Source: Synechococcus sp. (lineage in GTDB: Bacteria; Cyanobacteriota; Cyanobacteriia; PCC-6307; Cyanobiaceae). From it: a stretch of 64,000 bases of DNA. A program made the position numbers and the translations under genes. Every line of letters begins with the position of its first letter. Position 1 is the first letter of the stretch. The stretch is taken from NCBI GenBank assembly GCA_047285305.1, contig JBJBDL010000003.1:320001-384000 (forward strand), read 5' to 3'. Shown here piece after piece: positions 1 through 9,142 of this stretch. The notes beneath the pieces were generated by a model, which was given only the letters and a program-made list of their open reading frames with translations, had not been told where the DNA came from and searched no databases.

Positions 1-654
1 TCCGACGAGCAAAAAGCATTAAATCGGGCTCTGCACGAAGGAAACAGCAACTTCGGCAATAGAGGAGATGCAGCCGGATTCGCAGGCGAGAGCTTGGGCA
101 AGGCTCTCAGTCGGATGCACGAGCTTGGGGTCTGCAACTCATTCTTAGACTACGGTACAGGCAAGGGAAAGCTGGTAACAAGGCTTCGAAAAGAAGTTAA
201 GTCCCAGATAAAAATCATGGGCTATGACCCAGCTGTAGATGAATGGGAAGTAAAGCCAGAGGAACCAGCAGACATTCTGAGCTGTTTAGATGTATTAGAA
301 CACATAGAGATTTCGAGCATAGATGATGTCCTAAGTGATATTCACAAACTTACAAGAAGATTCTGTTATCTCGTAATTGATCTTCAACCTGCGGTCAAAA
401 CGCTTGCGGATGGAAGAAACGCGCATATTCTACTTGCACCAACAGATTGGTGGATAGGGAAGATAGCACAACATTTTAATTGTCAAACAAGTTTTCCTGT
501 ATATCATACACGGGGAGTAATTCAAAAGCTTGTTATAGGTGCCGCTCATAATGCATCTGATCTGCCATATATGTATGGTTTTCTCAGCAAGCTCAAAGTC
601 TTTAATATAAGGATGACTGGTGGCACTATGGGTGTAGCGAAGACAAAGAAATAG
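1..654 (+). CDS. Class I SAM-dependent methyltransferase (5'-partial; frame is open from base 1)
   Basis: LDYGTGKG motif I, GYDPA and SCLDVLEH motifs; no stop in frame between 1 and 94. Confidence 0.75.
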   Translation, partial: SDEQKALNRALHEGNSNFGNRGDAAGFAGESLGKALSRMHELGVCNSFLDYGTGKGKLVTRLRKEVKSQIKIMGYDPAVDEWEVKPEEPADILSCLDVLEHIEISSIDDVLSDIHKLTRRFCYLVIDLQPAVKTLADGRNAHILLAPTDWWIGKIAQHFNCQTSFPVYHTRGVIQKLVIGAAHNASDLPYMYGFLSKLKVFNIRMTGGTMGVAKTKK

Positions 655-661
655 GGACAAT

Positions 662-1510
662 ATGCAATTAACAGAGAAACTGCAGGTTATCAAAAAGACA
701 TTTGGAGAATGGACTGCTCACAATATAAAACTAACCGACAACATATCAACAATGCAAAAAGGTACTGGCGAGCGTTATATACATAGAGCAGAAGCGTACA
801 AATCACTGATTCAATTAGGACTAAAAAGACGTATATCTCGGTTAAAAATTCTTGATTTAGGTTGTCTTGAAGGTGGAATTAGTATCGAACTAGCAAGGGA
901 AGGTGCATTATGCACAGGCATAGATATTAGAGATGCGCACTTAGAAAAAGCACGTTTTGCGGCAGAAGCGCTAAAGCTCAAAAAAAAGTGTGAATGGATT
1001 CGAGGAGATGTGACAGATTCAACACTGTGGAAAGGTAAGACAAAATACGATGTAATAATACTTTCTGGACTTCTTTATCATCTAGATTTACATGATATTT
1101 TGCCTCTCCTTAAGAGATTAAGATCTATAATCAGTAAAAAGGGTTTACTTATAGTTGATACAAATATCACCTCTTATTGTCTTGAGTCTGGGACTATATC
1201 GGATGATCTAACGGTATGGGGAAGAACGTGGAGAGAGCATGGAGTAGAAGACTCTCTTAACGATCGTATATCAAAAGCTTGGAGTAGTTTTTCGAATAAT
1301 AATGCTTTCTGGTTAACAGAGAGAAGCTTGGTAAATGTTCTTGTATCAGCAGGATTCACTTATGTTTATAAGCCTCTCTATCCCTACCATGAATGGGCTC
1401 ACAGAAATCGTGATATTTGGGTCGCTATACCGGGAGAAAACAAAGATATTGCATTGCCTTTAAGAAATGATCCGGATGATCGGCCAATTGAACATCCTGG
1501 ATTCGAATAA
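662..1510 (+). CDS. Class I SAM-dependent methyltransferase
   Basis: ILDLGCLEGG motif I, TGIDIR, YDVIILSGLLYHL. Confidence 0.8.
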   Translation: MQLTEKLQVIKKTFGEWTAHNIKLTDNISTMQKGTGERYIHRAEAYKSLIQLGLKRRISRLKILDLGCLEGGISIELAREGALCTGIDIRDAHLEKARFAAEALKLKKKCEWIRGDVTDSTLWKGKTKYDVIILSGLLYHLDLHDILPLLKRLRSIISKKGLLIVDTNITSYCLESGTISDDLTVWGRTWREHGVEDSLNDRISKAWSSFSNNNAFWLTERSLVNVLVSAGFTYVYKPLYPYHEWAHRNRDIWVAIPGENKDIALPLRNDPDDRPIEHPGFE

Positions 1511-1694
1511 AGTTAAAAAATTACATTCGCGAGACGCAATACAAAAAATGTAGGATGATTTATATTTGAACGCTTCTCCTATAGTAGACAAAGAATAGGT
1601 ACTAATAGTTAGTAGAGACCAAGTCATAAAGTGGATAATTTAGTTGCAATAAGCTAACTGTAGAATATTCCTAAATAGGAAATGACGAAAATTA

Positions 1695-2873
1695 CTATTG
1701 CCTTATACTACGGACACTATCAGTTTGATCTACAAGAAGATCGGATACTAAACTGATGACACGTTTATCACGTAACTTCAGATTGGCAGTTATGGACATT
1801 CCGCTTCTCAGGGGAATTACTGTTTCTTCGAACTCGAGGTAAGACTTATCCAATGAAAGACGCACAGGAAAGCGGTAATAGTTTGCTGTTGTATCTGGGG
1901 ACAAAGCATCTGCCCCAATATGAGTCACAGTACCGTTAAGTTCACCATATCTAGAAAATGGAAAAGCATCAACTCTTACTTTCGCTTTTAGACCATCCTT
2001 GACAAAACCAATGTCCTTATTTGGAACAAATACTTCCGCCTTTAATCCCGACTGAGGAACAATTGAAACAATCTTCTCGCCAGGCTGCAATACTCCTAAT
2101 TTTACGGCTTTAGGCTGGAAAATTATACCTGTAGTGGGTGCTAAAACATTTTGATATTGTAACTGCAATTCAGCTTGCTTAAGCTTACTCTTCATTTGAT
2201 TAATACTTTTATCTGCAATAAGCTGTTGAACTGATTTTTCAATTTCAACTCCTGCCAAGTCAGTTTCAAGTTGAATTAATTGATCTTGCTGCTTTAAGAA
2301 TTCAACACGTTGGAAACCACCGTCTGACACTAGAACACGCAAATCATCTACGATTTGCTTATAAGTGTCTAATTTCTTTCTTAAGGCAGTTTGCTTGTCA
2401 CTCATCAGTTTAAGCTTTCTATCCAATGCACCTTGTTCAATTTGTATAAGTGTAGTTAAAGTCAATTTATCATTGGAGGCTGAAGTTGTATCAAATTTAA
2501 CAAGCAGATCTCCTTTGTTAACTAGCTGGCCTTCCTTAAAAAATACCTCAAGAATTTTACCGCCTGCAGGTGTCTTAACATCAGTTGTACCCTCAAGTGA
2601 TTGGAGCTGTCCAGTAACAGTGATGACCTCATCTATCTTAAAAAAGATAGACCCTAAGACAGCAATACTTCCTAGACCAATAACTGATGCCAAGAGGGCT
2701 TGAGTCCAAACTGGGGTTTGTCGAAGAACAAGAGATCTGTTTTTAGCCATCCAGCGGTCAGCTTGATCAGCGACCGAGGACTTAACGTTAATTCGTTGAG
2801 TCGATAAGCGTTTGTTTAATTTTTTGAAAAATGAAGAGCTAAACAAGTTGAAATTCGATCGTTGATATTTCAT
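1695..2873 (-). CDS. HlyD-family type I secretion membrane fusion protein (start probably ATG 2873; ORF is open to 2948)
   Basis: N-terminal TM helix, lipoyl-like halves (VKTPAGGKI...GDLLVKFD; VLAPTTGII), coiled coil, DIGFVK..KVRVDAFPFSRYG, LRSGMS. Confidence 0.9.
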   Translation of the reverse strand: MKYQRSNFNLFSSSFFKKLNKRLSTQRINVKSSVADQADRWMAKNRSLVLRQTPVWTQALLASVIGLGSIAVLGSIFFKIDEVITVTGQLQSLEGTTDVKTPAGGKILEVFFKEGQLVNKGDLLVKFDTTSASNDKLTLTTLIQIEQGALDRKLKLMSDKQTALRKKLDTYKQIVDDLRVLVSDGGFQRVEFLKQQDQLIQLETDLAGVEIEKSVQQLIADKSINQMKSKLKQAELQLQYQNVLAPTTGIIFQPKAVKLGVLQPGEKIVSIVPQSGLKAEVFVPNKDIGFVKDGLKAKVRVDAFPFSRYGELNGTVTHIGADALSPDTTANYYRFPVRLSLDKSYLEFEETVIPLRSGMSITANLKLRDKRVISLVSDLLVDQTDSVRSIRQ

Positions 2874-3227
2874 GTTGATAAATGACAATAGGGCCAGAAG
2901 CTTGGTATCTGAGGACTCAAATCGCGAGGGAGTTGGAAACCATTTCAATATTATATCACCATAAAGGCCATTGAAGTCATCATCTAATATTCAGGCCTGT
3001 CGATTAGTATTATCTGATTTGTAGTAGATGAAATCCTCGTTTGTACACAAACCAAACAACCCGAGTGATACAATAACTATAAATAACCAGAGACCCTGGA
3101 AAAATAAAAAAGAATGGATCGGAAATCCGACGATAATCCTCTTTTAGCGGTAAGGTAATGAACTTTAAGAGCTTTGTACTCAAATATTGCTATTGGATGG
3201 AAGAAATTTAATCTCGATTTGAAATTG

Positions 3228-3253
3228 CTGTGAGTAGAGAGGTGTACTCACAG
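3228..3253. repeat. Perfect inverted repeat (9-bp stem, 8-nt loop)
   Basis: ctgtgagta-gagaggtg-tactcacag. Confidence 0.8.
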
Positions 3254-3296
3254 AATGAACTAGTAAGAATTACTTGAAATGGGTGAAGAAAATAAA

Positions 3297-3328
3297 AAGA
3301 GTGAACGCAGCAAGCCGCGTTCACTCTT
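3297..3328. repeat. Perfect inverted repeat (12-bp stem, 8-nt loop); terminator-like on the minus strand
   Basis: aagagtgaacgc-agcaagcc-gcgttcactctt, preceded by A-rich aaaataaaa (U-rich tail on the minus strand). Confidence 0.75.
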
Positions 3329-3612
3329 CATGGCATCTTCGGCATACACATTGTGCCACAGCCAGACGGCCCAAACCAGTAGATATAGAGTCGATACGGT
3401 ACGGATAACACTACATACAGTGTCCTTAGAGCGGAAAACTTTATTAAGCCCCAAAGGGTGAGTCAAGATCAAGGTTAATAAAATTGATGAGCAATAAACA
3501 AGAATACTCGTGCAGAGAAACTGAGGGAAACAATAATTTAATATCACCAGTGCGACTAATGACTAAATAATATCTAAACTTACCAAATTCAATACAAGCA
3601 AGAAACGGCCAG

Positions 3613-3635
3613 GAATTCAAGAGATACTTGAATTC
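3613..3635. repeat. Perfect inverted repeat (9-bp stem, 5-nt loop)
   Basis: gaattcaag-agata-cttgaattc. Confidence 0.75.
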
Positions 3636-3878
3636 TGTCGCTAACATCGAGGTTCAAAAGTTTGTAACAGAAAACCGACGGAATGATAGAAAATCCAAAT
3701 AGGTAGAACGAAATAACAGATTCCTTAAGGAAAAATAAGAGGTTTAGAATTAGCTTACATGACATACAGAAAATGAAGGGTAGTCTTGCACGCGTAAGAA
3801 AACCTATAAGTTACTCAAAAAGAGGCTATTATGGATTTGACATAGTCCAAGCTTTAGATATCAGCATGAAACTGAAAA

Positions 3879-4784
3879 GTGCCTACAAGCTCAAATAACT
3901 TATATAAAGAAATGAAAGCTTTCTTTGATACCAATGACATTCCAATCTTGTGGATCAATCTTGAACGAGCTAAAAAACGCAGAGCTCGAATGAGTTGGGC
4001 CCTACAAACTGGAGGATGGAAAGCGTATAGATGCAAAGCAATTGATGCAGAGGACCTAAATCAGCGACTGTTGCCGTTACCCAACCCATTTAGCGTTGGG
4101 ACACTATTACCAGGCTTGTATCGCTGTGCGGAAGCCATGCCTAATCGACGCACTACTCGGCCAGAATTAGCCTGCTTAGCAAGCTGGAGACGACTCTTAC
4201 TAAAGGCTTCAAGAATTAAAAGTTCCAGTAACTGGTTTCTGCTTATGGAGGACGATCTGGGAGCAAGCCTGGCAGCACCGGATGCTTGGGCTCACTCACT
4301 TAATGATCTTATCGAATTCTGCCCAAAGCAGACACTTGCAATTCAGTTAGCACCTATTAGTTCAACAGTGCGTGAAGAACTAGCTAGAAAGTGGCACGAA
4401 AGTCAAGGTAAGTGCTTGGCAATAAAAAAGGAATTCGTTAAAAGCCATGGAAATGGAGCAGTACTTTTACATAAACGAGCTCTGGATCTTCTCCTAGATC
4501 CATTGGTCGTCTTCACAAATAGGTTCAAGAAAAACTGGCATCTACTAGTACATCCATGGGGCATAAGACCAGTGGCTGACAAGTGGATTTATGGCTCACT
4601 ACCACCGGGCTCTTGCCAAGTTGCTACATACCCACACTTTTGCCTTGAAGCTCAGGATTCAACGTTACATGTGGATCATGTTGAAGCTTTTCACAAACCT
4701 AGCCGAAAAGTTACAATAGACATCTGGAAGGAAGATAATCGCTTAAAACTCATAGAGTCTCAGGAAATGTGGGACAAGATCTAA
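3879..4784 (+). CDS. Glycosyltransferase family 25-like protein
   Basis: WINLERAKKRRARM, AIDA, ELACLASW, LLMEDD and PVAD motifs typical of GT25. Confidence 0.75.
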   Translation: MPTSSNNLYKEMKAFFDTNDIPILWINLERAKKRRARMSWALQTGGWKAYRCKAIDAEDLNQRLLPLPNPFSVGTLLPGLYRCAEAMPNRRTTRPELACLASWRRLLLKASRIKSSSNWFLLMEDDLGASLAAPDAWAHSLNDLIEFCPKQTLAIQLAPISSTVREELARKWHESQGKCLAIKKEFVKSHGNGAVLLHKRALDLLLDPLVVFTNRFKKNWHLLVHPWGIRPVADKWIYGSLPPGSCQVATYPHFCLEAQDSTLHVDHVEAFHKPSRKVTIDIWKEDNRLKLIESQEMWDKI

Positions 4785-4836
4785 AATCAAATAATCACTT
4801 CAATGAGTTGGCTGAGACAACAGACACTGAAACAAT

Positions 4837-5592
4837 CTATCCTTCTGGCAGAAAAGGAAGGACCTGCTGGTTTTGATCAGTTGGAAAAGAACTGCTACCT
4901 CTAAACTCTTCAATATTTTGATTGAGATACCCATGAAGTAGTTTACGCTTGTCTTCAGATACTCTTCCATGAACAATCTTTACCGCCATTCCGGCACCTG
5001 TGAGCCATGGTTTGGGTGTTCGTAAATTATATTCTTGAGGAAGCACCCAAATTCGCAGACCACGATTGATAGAGGCCCACCAAAGAGCCGCTCTAAGCGT
5101 GGCTTGATCAAATTCTATTCCTACATCATCGTAAAGCTTAAGCCAGTGTCTAACAAGAGCACGCTGACGGTGACAACGGCGCATACCTAAAACTCCACTA
5201 TTCAACTCAGAAAAGCCCTCAGGAACCTCAGATCCTTGCCAATCGCACCATCTGACAGGAGCATGACATCCAACCAGGTCAATACTTCCTAAAATACGAA
5301 AAATATCGTCAATTGGGGAAATAATCTCGAGGTCGGTATCAAGAAAGAGAGTTCGCTTATATGGAAGATGTAAAAGCGGAAGAATCTTATCCCTGTAGCT
5401 TTTTTTGGGGCATGGATGGCTTACAACATTATCAAAGAGACCACCAGGAACTAATTCTGGCTTGTCTGTTACAAGAGTAATTGGCCTTCCACTCAGAAAA
5501 GGCCGGATACGAACGACGGAGTTAATTGCTTCCTCCAGATAGCGAGTGCCAGTTGCAACCTGGAGAACACCCTCATGGTACTGATGTCTCAT
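4837..5592 (-). CDS. GT-A fold nucleotide-diphospho-sugar transferase (GT8-like)
   Basis: TLFLDTD (DxD), ELNSGV, DQATLR, LPQEYN. Confidence 0.75.
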   Translation of the reverse strand: MRHQYHEGVLQVATGTRYLEEAINSVVRIRPFLSGRPITLVTDKPELVPGGLFDNVVSHPCPKKSYRDKILPLLHLPYKRTLFLDTDLEIISPIDDIFRILGSIDLVGCHAPVRWCDWQGSEVPEGFSELNSGVLGMRRCHRQRALVRHWLKLYDDVGIEFDQATLRAALWWASINRGLRIWVLPQEYNLRTPKPWLTGAGMAVKIVHGRVSEDKRKLLHGYLNQNIEEFRGSSSFPTDQNQQVLPFLPEG

Positions 5593-6608
5593 GCAAGTTG
5601 TCCCTCCCAGCGTTCCATAGCAGTTTGCACAGAGTCAACCATCCGCTGATAATTGTATAACTCTCTAACTACGTTAGAGGACTGAAGTAGATTATTCATC
5701 AATTCAGTCGGATTTTTGTTGAGTCGGTCATTCAAATCCTGACAAGCATCCAAGAACCCAAGCCAGTCACCATATGCGACTTCTCGGCCGGCATAATGAG
5801 CAGAGGCTAATTTTAATAACTCGCTGCCACCCAGTCCGGAGTAACCAATTAAATAACATCCACAAGAAGCTGCCTCTGCTAGAGGCAGACCAAAGCCTTC
5901 AGGGTGCCCATAAGCTAAGAAGACAAGACTTCTTTGAAGCAACTTAGCTACATCTTCTTGCGGCAAACCATTAATTGGTTGCAAAGACCATCCAGCAGCT
6001 TGGAACCAAGCTTTTTGTTGAAGGAATGCGGACACAATCGATGAGTCTTTAGCATTCTTACGTGGCATAAACGAAATTACGCGACTTTTCGCCTCAGGTG
6101 GCTTGAACAATTGAGTTTCAATGCCATTAATCAGCCGGCTAACCCTCTGATCACCTAGCTGGAAAGCATTTTTTAAAAGCAACTCATCATGCTGTGATAT
6201 ACACAGGACATATTTTAAATCAGGGTGTTTGTAAAGCCTAAGAACTCCATCAGGACCGGGAAATCCGTCTCGATCATTGAAACCAAAACTGAAAGCTCCG
6301 TTCTGATTAAATAGAATTTTTGGGATACCTGGAGCGTATCGAGGCAATATTGGAAGGAAGGTCTCTGGGAGAACAATTACATCACGATCAGATCTAAGCT
6401 CAACAGACGAAGTGAATTCTGATTTACTAATAGTAAGTACATTGCTACTAAACCATCCTGGATGAAAAGATGATTTGTCTTGGATAATCTTCACATCCCG
6501 GCCAAGATAGTTAAGTGCCTCAGCAAAACGATGCATCTGCTTTACCCCGCCAATAGGCCGAGGTATATCAGGATGCAAGGCAAGCCAGTATCGGTAAGGA
6601 TGAGGCAT
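5589..6608 (-). CDS. Glycosyltransferase family 4
   Basis: GGVKQMHRFAEAL; EGFGLPLAEAASCG motif; ATGA overlap with the downstream GT. Confidence 0.85.
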   Translation of the reverse strand: MPHPYRYWLALHPDIPRPIGGVKQMHRFAEALNYLGRDVKIIQDKSSFHPGWFSSNVLTISKSEFTSSVELRSDRDVIVLPETFLPILPRYAPGIPKILFNQNGAFSFGFNDRDGFPGPDGVLRLYKHPDLKYVLCISQHDELLLKNAFQLGDQRVSRLINGIETQLFKPPEAKSRVISFMPRKNAKDSSIVSAFLQQKAWFQAAGWSLQPINGLPQEDVAKLLQRSLVFLAYGHPEGFGLPLAEAASCGCYLIGYSGLGGSELLKLASAHYAGREVAYGDWLGFLDACQDLNDRLNKNPTELMNNLLQSSNVVRELYNYQRMVDSVQTAMERWEGQLA

Positions 6609-6725
6609 CGTTTAAATCTGACTCATGAAAAACAGTCATACGACTAAGAACTGATTGCTAGTCGTTTTGAGAATAGACGTTGAGTAATCTTAACAAATCC
6701 AAACTTCAAGCAGAGCAAGGGGCTT

Positions 6726-6733
6726 GGGGGGGG
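6726..6733. repeat. G8 homopolymer in a divergent intergenic region
   Basis: ggctt-gggggggg-cggac in an AT-rich context. Confidence 0.8.
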
Positions 6734-7133
6734 CGGACTATCTTATAGAAATCAGAAATAGAATAGAAATCAATGCAAAAAGGCAATTTAAAGGCAAGAA
6801 ATACGCTGATTTAGAGATTCAACCATAATCACCTTGCTTTCGCAATCACACAATAAAGAGTCAACAGTGGGCGTCATCCACAAAGAAAAGATGAATCTAT
6901 CGCAAGGCGAGATCTCTAATGCATTAATGATTTGCTGACCATACGTAGCTAACTATGTCTACTGACTCTAGACCTATATGAATGTAAAAACAGTATTTAG
7001 CTCAAGGATCTGAGATTTTCTGACGAGTATAGGTAACCTATTACCTGTCGACCAGAACCTAACTTTTGATAAATTCGGATCTAAACTGCTTCGTACGTAT
7101 CTGACAGAATTATGGCCTAAGCCGAATCAGCCA

Positions 7134-8315
7134 GTGTTTTCACCAGCCAACCAAGCACTGGATCTAAGCTCACGCTTTACCACCAGGCGACTGGTACAGA
7201 GCCCTTTACATGAGGGTACTTGGGCACTCCTGGAGCCAGCAGGTCGTCAAAATCATGCTCCCCAGCTCTGTTGGGTCAATTCAGACCTGCTTGCTTGTGT
7301 CTGGATGGCAGGCGGGCAAGAAGGAACAGCTGGGATGAGCATCTTTCTAAGCGAACTTCGACGAGGCCGAAGACACTGGAGCAGACCGCGCTTGATTTCG
7401 CGAGACGAGCAACGTTCGGAGCAGAACCCTATTCTTTACGTATCGGAAGATGGACGCCTACAGTTGATCCATACTGCTCAACAGGTAAGGGATCGAGATG
7501 ATCAAAGTTGGCAAAGAGAAGGTACAGCTTTCTCAATGCAGTGGACAGCCGCTTTACGACATCAAGCACGGTCTTTGAGCTCCAGCCGCTGGAGCCGTGC
7601 CTCAGATTTGATAAGTGATCCAGCCTTTTGCCGTCACCCCCCATATAGGCGCAGCGACGGGTATTGGCTACTACCTATATATCGAAGCCTTAGAGAAGGT
7701 GGAGCATTTGGTCAGGATCATTCTGAAATTCTAGTACTTAATCCTGACGGTTCAAGCACTGGTCAAATTTACCCAGTGCCAGAAAGTGTTGGCCGAGTGC
7801 ATGGATCAATTGTAATAAGTAGCGATGGCAAAAGTCTTCTTCAATTTTTTCGCTCACGATTAGCAGATCGAATTTATCGCTCATACGGATCACTGGATGG
7901 ATCGGTATGGTCGGAACCTCTGCCTACTACATTACCAAATAATAATAGCTCTATTCAAGCGTGTCGATTATCTAGCGGACTTCTTGCGATGATCTACAAC
8001 CGTTATGGTCTTGAAAATGGGGATGAACATACTCAATCCTGGGGAGAGGCAAACTGGCCACGAACTCGTTGGCCACTATCAATAGCTTTGAGTCCAGATG
8101 ATGGAGACACATGGCCTTGGATACGTGACATTGACACAGGGCTTGGTTTCTGTGGTGAAACAAACTGGCATTTAAATGGCCAACTCGCCTACCCAACGCT
8201 CTTGGAGGGAAATCCAGGTGAACTTCATCTGGCTTATTCATGGGCAGGAAGGTCCGCCATTCGTTATGTCTGCCTAGAAGAATCTACAATCATTGGTGAA
8301 TCCAACTGGTTTTAA
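7134..8315 (+). CDS. BNR/Asp-box repeat sialidase-fold protein (GH33-like)
   Basis: Asp boxes SPDDGDTW and SLDGSVW; EQNPIL, FFRSR, LPNNNS, AYPTLL. Confidence 0.8.
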   Translation: MFSPANQALDLSSRFTTRRLVQSPLHEGTWALLEPAGRQNHAPQLCWVNSDLLACVWMAGGQEGTAGMSIFLSELRRGRRHWSRPRLISRDEQRSEQNPILYVSEDGRLQLIHTAQQVRDRDDQSWQREGTAFSMQWTAALRHQARSLSSSRWSRASDLISDPAFCRHPPYRRSDGYWLLPIYRSLREGGAFGQDHSEILVLNPDGSSTGQIYPVPESVGRVHGSIVISSDGKSLLQFFRSRLADRIYRSYGSLDGSVWSEPLPTTLPNNNSSIQACRLSSGLLAMIYNRYGLENGDEHTQSWGEANWPRTRWPLSIALSPDDGDTWPWIRDIDTGLGFCGETNWHLNGQLAYPTLLEGNPGELHLAYSWAGRSAIRYVCLEESTIIGESNWF

Positions 8316-9142
8316 TGAACTTAGATCTACATCCTGAAAGCGTTTTATTCCTGACACTCGACTCTTGTCGATATGACAGCTTTCGCGACGCTCATGCTCC
8401 TGCTCTTAAATCAATTGCACCTCTGCACAAGGCACAAGCACCTAGCCACTTTACATATGGAAGCCATGCCTCATTTTGGATGGGATTTACACCTGGCATC
8501 CAGTCAAAAAGAAAAATTCCCTGGCTAAATCCAAAATCTGGGAAATTATTTAGGATGAAGAATTCCGCAGCTCCGAATCATGGCACGGATGCATTCGAAT
8601 TAACTGGGTCAAATATTATTGAGGGTTTTCGCGAACTCGGTTACTACACATTGGGAACTGGAGCCGTTGGATGGTTTGATCAAGGAACTCCAACAGGTTC
8701 TGTACTAGCCTCTCCGTTTGATCAATTTTGGTATAGCGGTCAAACTTGGAAGCTACGTGCCCAACTTTCCTGGCTTTTTAGTGAGATAAAGCTTCAAAAA
8801 ACTAAACGCCCTATATTTGTATTTTTAAATATAGGTGAAACTCATGTTCCCTACTGGCATGAGGATGCTGATTGGGAGCCGTGGCCCAGTCCATGCGTTC
8901 CTTTTGGGGGAAATCAATGTTCGCGCCGTGAAAGTCGCAGGCGGCAGATTGCATGCCTTGAATGGGTTGATTCTCAGCTTTCCCCAATATTGGATGCCTT
9001 CCGACCATGTACGACAATTGCCTGCGCAGACCATGGCGACTGTTGGGGTGAGAATGGACTTTGGGAACATGGCATCAGCCATCCTTCGACGCTTACGGTG
9101 CCATTATTGATGAGGGTTCGCGGGGAGCCAATTTCACTCTAA
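8315..9142 (+). CDS. Alkaline phosphatase/sulfatase-superfamily metalloenzyme (STM4013-like hydrolase)
   Basis: LTLDSCRYD, PSHFTYGSH..F.GF.P, ETHVPY, ADHGDCWGE..WEH, VPL; lacks CxPxR. Confidence 0.75.
   Translation: MNLDLHPESVLFLTLDSCRYDSFRDAHAPALKSIAPLHKAQAPSHFTYGSHASFWMGFTPGIQSKRKIPWLNPKSGKLFRMKNSAAPNHGTDAFELTGSNIIEGFRELGYYTLGTGAVGWFDQGTPTGSVLASPFDQFWYSGQTWKLRAQLSWLFSEIKLQKTKRPIFVFLNIGETHVPYWHEDADWEPWPSPCVPFGGNQCSRRESRRRQIACLEWVDSQLSPILDAFRPCTTIACADHGDCWGENGLWEHGISHPSTLTVPLLMRVRGEPISL

Noticed and set aside
3260..3647. Small ORFs in the hlyD-GT25 intergenic region
   Set aside because: Short, overlapping, no recognisable motifs; consistent with chance in AT-rich DNA
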